This document shows positions 38,401 through 43,899 of a DNA stretch of 64,000 bases, piece after piece. Made by a program: the position numbers and the translations under genes. The DNA comes from Pirellulales bacterium (GTDB lineage Bacteria > Planctomycetota > Planctomycetia > Pirellulales > UBA1268). Location of the stretch: NCBI GenBank assembly GCA_044236455.1, contig JBIIGJ010000003.1, positions 1,806-65,805 of the forward strand, given 5' to 3'. The first letter of the stretch is position 1. Each line of letters starts with the position of its first letter. The notes below the pieces were generated by a model. It was not told where the DNA came from, searched no databases, and saw only the letters and a program-made list of their open reading frames with translations.

Positions 38401-41307
38401 ACGGAGTGCCGATCAATCGCCGAGGCCGACGCGATGATCGCTCGCATGGCGACGCGGCCATGTGGCCTCGTGGTGGCGAGCGTGCGCGGCGGTGGGATCG
38501 AGGTCTCGCCTGCGGGAAAGATCGAGTCAGTCCCCACGGTCTTCCGGCAGTGTGATTCACGTGCGGCGCTTGCTCGCGTGGCCCTGGCGGACGGTGCGAC
38601 CGTGCCGGAGCAGGCCTTGGCTTCGGTGCTGATGGCCTCCGGTGGCATGGGAGAATCGCTCTCGGCCACGTGTGTCTGGATGGCGGTGGGGTCGGCCAGC
38701 GGAAAGCCCGCGGTCCGCGCCGGTGGACCCGCCGGTCGCGATTGGCTCGCGGGAGCGGCAGTGCAGCCTGTTGGCGAGGTGTGGCTGACCGTCTCGCGGG
38801 AGGCGCCGAAGGCTGCTGCCACTGGCATTCCAAAGGCGAATGAGATCACGCGGCGTTACGGCCTCGCGGTCCGTGACGCCGGCTCGACTCATGCCGCACG
38901 CAGCCTCGGTGGTGAACGTGTGCTGATTCTGGGCAGTGGCAATCTCGCCGATGCGATGGTCGCCGCACTGCGTGCCCAGGGGGCGAGTCCGCTCGTCGTG
39001 GATTGCGGATCTGTCGAGGAGGCTAGTGCAGCGGTTGAACGAGCGGAGGCGGGCGGTCCCGTGCGGCACATCGTCGTGGCTACGCCGCGGCAGTCGGCCG
39101 CCGGCGACTGGATCCCGCGGCGTTCGGCGGCCGTCATCACGCCATTCTTCGCCTGCCAGCGGTGGCTCGTCCTCCGCGGCAAGGCCAACGACATCGGCTC
39201 CGCGACCCTGACCGCGGTCGCGAATCTGGGCGGTGATTTTGGTGTCGCCGGAGCGATCGGCTCGGTGGAGAGCGGCGCGATGGCGGGGCTCTTCAAGGGG
39301 ATCGCCCGCGAGTTCTCGCAGCTGCACGTCCGCGTAGTGGATGCGCCAGCGGCGCTGACCGCAGTCGAACTCGCGAAGGGAATCGTGTCGGAAATGCAGG
39401 ACGGCGACGGGCCGGTGGAGATCGGCCTGGTCGACGGGCGGCGTGTCACGATCGCGGCCTGTGAAACGCGGCCTGCCGCGTCCGCGGCGCTTGAGTCGCT
39501 GAAGCCGGGCAGCACATGGATCGTGACCGGCGGAGCACGGGGCGTGACGGCCGAGTGCGCGAGGGAACTGGGCCGCAGGAACGGGCTCAAACTCGTGCTC
39601 GTTGGTTCGACCGCGCTGATCGCCGTGGAGCAGTCGTGGCTGTCGCTCGAGGATGCCGGCCTCCGCGACCTGAAGGGCCGCGTGATGCTCGACGCGAAGG
39701 GCCGCGGCGCCGATCCGCGGACGGCGTGGAAGACCGTCGAGAAGTCGATCGAGATCGCAAAGTCGCTGGCGAAGTTCAGCGCGGCCGGCGTCGATGCGAG
39801 GTATTTCCCTTGTAATCTTTCAGATGCAGCGGCCGTGCGGTCGCTCGTTCAGAGCATCACCCGGGACGTCGGGCCGGTCCGCGGCATCGTGCACGGCGCC
39901 GGGTTCGAGGCGGCATGCCGGTTTGAAAAGAAGACCGTCGACGGTCTTGAGGCGACGCTCGGACCCAAGTGCGTCGGCCTCGAGCACCTGCTGGCGGCGA
40001 TCGACGCTACCACGCTCGAGGCTGTCATCGGCTTCGGCTCGACGAGCGGACGACTCGGCGGCCACGGGCAGGCTGACTATTCGCTCGCCAACGACATGCT
40101 CGCGAAGATGCTGGTGCAGCTGCGGCAACGGCGCGGACTGCGGGCGACGGTTTTTCACTGGCACGCCTGGGACGAGGTGGGCATGGCCAGCCGGCCGGAG
40201 AGCCGGTTCGTGCTCGAGCAGTTCGGGCTCAAGTTCATGCCGCTCGCCGAGGGCGTGCGTCGGTTCATGGACGAGATCGAGGCGGGCCTGCCTGAGGCCG
40301 AGGTGCTGGTCACCGAGCCGGCGATGTGCCCAGACGCGGTCTCATCTGCCGTCGCCCCCTGCGACAGCGTTGCGGCGACCACCGCCTTGACGCACACTGC
40401 CAGCGCCCTGACAAACGGTCGCGTGCCAGAGCCCGCAGGCGACGTGGGCAGCCTCGTGGGCGGCGTCGAGCAGCAGGGCAACAGCACGTGGGTTTCGTTC
40501 CGTCTCGATCCCGCGAGCGACCGGTTTCTTATCGACCACCTCCAGCACGGGCGGCCGCTCCTGCCCGCCGTGATGGGTGCGGAACTCTTGGCTCAGGCGG
40601 CGGTGGCCGCAGGGCAATGCGGCCGCGTGCAGGAGATTCGTGATTTTGCCGTCGAGCGTCCGATCGGGTTTCCCGTCGATGCTTTGCGGGATGTGCGCGT
40701 GGAGATTGGCGCACGCGACGGTGACACGATCGTCGCCCAGGGCTGGGCGCCCGTGCTCAACGCCGAAGGCCGCACCGCCGGCGAGGAGCGGGTGCATCTG
40801 CGCGGCAAGGTGCTCGCCGGGGCGGCGGAACCGGTCGTGGCGACGCTGGATCAGCCACCGTTCCCCTTCAATCCGATGGTCTACCAAGACGACGCGGCCC
40901 TTAGGCACGGCTCCACCTTTCGCACCCTGACGGGGCTCTTCCTCGATCGCAGCGGCGGCTGGGGACGGCTCGTTGCGCCAGCCGCTGACGTCGTGGCCCA
41001 GCCACGCGGCGCGCTGGGATGGACGGTTCCGGTCGCCCTCCTCGACGGCTGCATCGTGGCCTGTGCGGTCTACTCCTACATCCTCTGCGGCCGACGCGCG
41101 GAGGTGCCTGTCGCGTTTGAGCGGTTGCGGATCATGTCGCCGCCCCGCAGCGGGGAGAAATGCACGGTGCGACTGTTCTTCCAATCGCAGGACCAGCGGG
41201 AGAGCGTCTACGACTTCGTGCTCTTCGGCGACGACGGCCGTGCGATTCTCGCACTCGACGGACTGCATCTGGTCGTCGCGGGCCCTGATCGGAGCCGTCA
41301 CCCATGA
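32404..41307 (+). CDS. PfaA-like iterative type I polyketide/fatty-acid megasynthase with domain order KS, KS-like, AT, ACPx3, C45(IAT)-like, KR, DH
   Basis: The TTG start at 32404 ([16 protein letters not shown]) lies after AAGGA. KS1 carries DAACASSL (Cys212), [11 protein letters not shown] and KANIGH. The KS-like domain carries [20 protein letters not shown] (Cys691), SAGHANSG and GLIGHVG. The AT carries FPGQGSQY and ASHSFGE (Ser1061). There are three ACPs with LGIDS. The KR carries [10 protein letters not shown] and ADYSLAN. The DH carries [11 protein letters not shown] (HxxxGxxxxP, His2712). Confidence 0.95.
   Translation: [2967 protein letters not shown]
32413..33790 (+). other. PKS domain: ketosynthase 1 (Cys-His-His intact)
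   Basis: The domain carries [22 protein letters not shown] (Cys codon 33037-33039), [28 protein letters not shown] and [11 protein letters not shown]. Confidence 0.9.
33853..35205 (+). other. PKS domain: second KS-like domain (CLF position) retaining Cys/His/His
   Basis: The domain carries [29 protein letters not shown] (Cys codon 34474-34476), [15 protein letters not shown] and [15 protein letters not shown]. Confidence 0.75.
35305..36165 (+). other. PKS domain: acyltransferase
   Basis: The domain carries [30 protein letters not shown] (Ser codon 35584-35586), [11 protein letters not shown] and [13 protein letters not shown]. Confidence 0.85.
36841..37898 (+). repeat. Tandem 408-bp repeat (2.6 copies) encoding three ACP domains plus (A/V)NGH-rich linkers
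   Basis: Units begin at 36841, 37249 and 37657 (GAGCTGGAAGCCTTCCTGATCGAC..). Units 1 and 2 are identical by eye over all 408 nt. Unit 3 matches for ~240 nt with 3 substitutions and then diverges at ~37899. The ORF-track peptides 37001..37246 and 37409..37654 are identical, as are 37176..37439 and 37584..37847. Each unit encodes [42 protein letters not shown].. (Ser codons at 36943, 37351 and 37759). Confidence 0.95.
37930..38730 (+). other. PKS-embedded domain resembling peptidase C45 / acyl-CoA:6-APA acyltransferase (Ntn-hydrolase fold)
   Basis: From memory of isopenicillin-N acyltransferase, the following blocks match in order. [16 protein letters not shown] matches [32 protein letters not shown] matches [31 protein letters not shown] matches RDGCTTAY (nucleophile Cys, here Cys1918 at 38155-38157). 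[22 protein letters not shown] matches [41 protein letters not shown] matches [22 protein letters not shown]. Confidence 0.55.
38910..40300 (+). other. PKS domain: ketoreductase (structural plus catalytic subdomains)
   Basis: The N-terminal Rossmann-like part reads [15 protein letters not shown]. The catalytic part reads [20 protein letters not shown].., ..VHGAGFE.., ..[12 protein letters not shown] (Tyr codon 40078-40080). Confidence 0.8.
40440..41300 (+). other. PKS domain: PS-type dehydratase (double hotdog)
   Basis: The domain carries [38 protein letters not shown] (His codon 40537-40539), followed by the second hotdog half ..[17 protein letters not shown]... Confidence 0.75.
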
Positions 41308-41990
41308 TTGGCTGGCCATTCGCGGAGGAACTCCCCATTGGCCGCATTCGGCGCGGGTTGCGGGTCGGCCCCTGGTTGGTCGACGTGCTGTGCAACGAGC
41401 CGCTTGACGGCCTCGATCTGCTGTCGGGCGAGGTGTTTCGACTCGCCGAGGATCTCGCTTTCCTGAGCCAAGGGCTGGATGCAGGTGCGGTGCGAGTGGC
41501 GGCCTTGGCACCGTCGGGGCGCCCGGTGGCGACCGTCGACGGCGAGCCGGCCACGTTCTTCATCTCCGTCTCCCACGTGCGCGGTCTGGTCGGGGCCGCG
41601 GTGTCCGACGCTGCCTGGGTGGGAATCGACATCGTCGATCCTGCGGATGCTGGCCGATCCCTCGACCTCTGGTTCACGCCCGACGAACTAGCTCTCCTGC
41701 CCGATGATCATGGTTTGCTCCGCGCCATGCTCTGGGCCGCGAAGGAGGCTGCGTACAAGGCGGCCCGGCTTGATACGGAGTTTCGGCCGCGGACAGTGAC
41801 GATCGAGAGCCTGTCTCCCCAGGCCTTCGATTGGCTGGTGCGAGACGGCCGGGCAGAGGTCCGCGGAGCCGGATGCTTCGTCACGGCCAGCCGACACATG
41901 GTCGCCATCGCGGCGACACCGATCAGGGATGTCGCCGGGAGTGTGGTGAACGACAGATCGTGCACCCGGGAGCCGGCTGCATGTTCATAA
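41304..41990 (+). CDS. 4'-phosphopantetheinyl transferase (Sfp-type)
   Basis: The start shows an ATGA overlap with the PKS stop. Motifs are ..FISVSHVRGLVGAAV.., ..VGIDIVDP.., ..MLWAAKEAAYKA... Confidence 0.85.
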   Translation: MIGWPFAEELPIGRIRRGLRVGPWLVDVLCNEPLDGLDLLSGEVFRLAEDLAFLSQGLDAGAVRVAALAPSGRPVATVDGEPATFFISVSHVRGLVGAAVSDAAWVGIDIVDPADAGRSLDLWFTPDELALLPDDHGLLRAMLWAAKEAAYKAARLDTEFRPRTVTIESLSPQAFDWLVRDGRAEVRGAGCFVTASRHMVAIAATPIRDVAGSVVNDRSCTREPAACS

Positions 41991-43135
41991 GCGAAACCCA
42001 TCTGCCGCAACTGCTGCCGCCGGAAGCGTACTACGACCGCGGGTGGTATGACCGTGAACTTGCTGCGGTGCTGCGGCCCTCATGGTGGGCGGTGGCCGTG
42101 CTGGATGAACTGCGAAACGAGGGAGACTTCGTCACCTTCGACCATGTGGACGGCCCGGTGATCCTCAGGCGCAGCGGCGGAGCAATCCGTGGTTACCGCA
42201 ACGTATGTGCGCACCGGTTGGCCAAACTTACCGGCAAGGCGAGCGGCCATTGCGAGTCGCTGCGATGCGAATATCACGGCTGGGAGTACGAAGATACGGG
42301 CGTCACGCGAAAGATCCCCGATGCGCCGAGCTTCCGTCCGCTTGAGAAGGGGCGGCTCGGCCTCGACGTGCTGCGGGTGGAGACGGTGGGTGGAATCGTA
42401 TTTCTGTCGTTCGATTCCGGGGCTCCCCCGGTCCGCGACTGGCTGGGCGAGGAGGCCAGCCGGATCGAGGCTCATTTCGACCATCGGACTCACATGCTTT
42501 GGAAAGCCGATGTGGACGTCCCGGTCAACTGGAAGCTGCTCGTAGAAAATAATCTCGAGAGCTATCACGTTGGCACGGTGCATGCGGCCACGCTCGGCGG
42601 CTTTCCGGAAGAGCGGGCGTGCGAGCACGAACTGCGGGGGCATGGGTCACGATTCACAACGCCAGGTGCGCGTTCAGTCCTGTCACGATTTCGGCTGGCG
42701 GTCGCGGAACGAATCGGTCGCCGCACGAGCGGCCGCTACAGCCACGCCATCGTGCATCCCGCGTTCATGTGGATTGATGTCGGCCTGTTATCCGGCTTTC
42801 AATCCGTCGTGCCGACCGGACCAAAGTCCTGTCGGATTGTCATCCGCGCCGGTGCCGTGCAGTCGACGCGGACTGCGGCCGTATCGGACTGGGCCGCTCG
42901 CCGTTGCGTGTCGAGAGAATTACGTTTCTGGAAAAGGGTTCTCAGGGAAGACTTTGCCATCCTGCCGCAGGTGCAGGCTGGCGTTGAATCAGCACGCCAT
43001 CCAGGGCCGGGGCTGATCTCGCGGCGCGAGGAGCGGATCGTCCACTTCCAGCGCTGGCTGCTCGACCGCATGGGGAGCGACACCGCTGGGCCATTCATCG
43101 AACCCATGAGCTTCAACGAAGGAGTGTCTGCATGA
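41981..43135 (+). CDS. Rieske [2Fe-2S] non-heme iron oxygenase (alpha-subunit type)
   Basis: The ATG at 41981 overlaps the PPTase 3' end by 10 nt. The Rieske motif is CAHRLAKL...CEYHGWEY (CxH..CxxH). The mononuclear iron motif is NNLESYHVGTVHAATL. Confidence 0.85.
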   Translation: MFISETHLPQLLPPEAYYDRGWYDRELAAVLRPSWWAVAVLDELRNEGDFVTFDHVDGPVILRRSGGAIRGYRNVCAHRLAKLTGKASGHCESLRCEYHGWEYEDTGVTRKIPDAPSFRPLEKGRLGLDVLRVETVGGIVFLSFDSGAPPVRDWLGEEASRIEAHFDHRTHMLWKADVDVPVNWKLLVENNLESYHVGTVHAATLGGFPEERACEHELRGHGSRFTTPGARSVLSRFRLAVAERIGRRTSGRYSHAIVHPAFMWIDVGLLSGFQSVVPTGPKSCRIVIRAGAVQSTRTAAVSDWAARRCVSRELRFWKRVLREDFAILPQVQAGVESARHPGPGLISRREERIVHFQRWLLDRMGSDTAGPFIEPMSFNEGVSA

Positions 43136-43896
43136 TCGATCTCACCGGAAAGGTCGCCCTCGTCACCGGCTCGAGCCGGGGCATCGGTCGGGCCTGTGCC
43201 CTCCGCCTCGCCGAGGCGGGCGCCGACGTCATCGTCAACTACGTCACCAGCGGCCGCGAGGCTGACGAAGTCGCCGCGCAGATCGCTGCCGTGGGGCGCA
43301 ACGCCGCCTGCGTGCGGGCCGACGTCGGCCAGGAGGAGGACGTCGACGACATGGTCGGCTTCGTCAAACAGGAGTTCGGCCGGCTCGACATCCTCGTCCA
43401 CAACGCGGCCACGGGCGGGTTCCGTCCACTGGCCGCCACCACGCAGCGGCATTTCGATGCGGCGATGCATACCAACGTGCTGTCGTTCGTCTATCTGCTC
43501 AAGGCCGCGGCACCGCTGCTCGAGTCGGCGACGGGCCGCGGAAAAGCTGTCGTGCTCTCCAGCCACGGCACGCACATGGCGCTGCCGATGTATGGCCTGA
43601 TCGGCGGCTCGAAGGCGGCGCTCACGTCGCTCGCGCGGCACTGGGCGCTGGAGCTGGGCGACCGCGGCGTGAACGTCAACGTGGTCGAGGCCGGGCTCGT
43701 GGAGACCGACTCGACGAAGCGGTTGCCGGGCGCGGCCGACATGTTCGCCGGCCGGAAATACAAGACGATGATGGGCGACCGAATGCTCGAGGCGTCCGAC
43801 GTGGCCGATGCGGTGCTCTTCCTTGCAAGCCCCCTCTCCGACCTCGTGCAGGGACAGACGCTCGTCGTCGACGGAGGCGCCGCGATCCACGTCTGA
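43132..43896 (+). CDS. SDR-family enoyl-[ACP] reductase, FabL-like
   Basis: The start shows an ATGA overlap with the Rieske stop. [85 protein letters not shown] tracks B. subtilis FabL block by block as I recall it ([52 protein letters not shown]..). Confidence 0.8.
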   Translation: [254 protein letters not shown]

Positions 43897-43899
43897 CAC

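Noticed and set aside
40342-41511. A 389-aa minus-strand ORF spanning the PKS DH domain and the PPTase start.
   Set aside because: It is antisense to two motif-supported genes, with junk composition.
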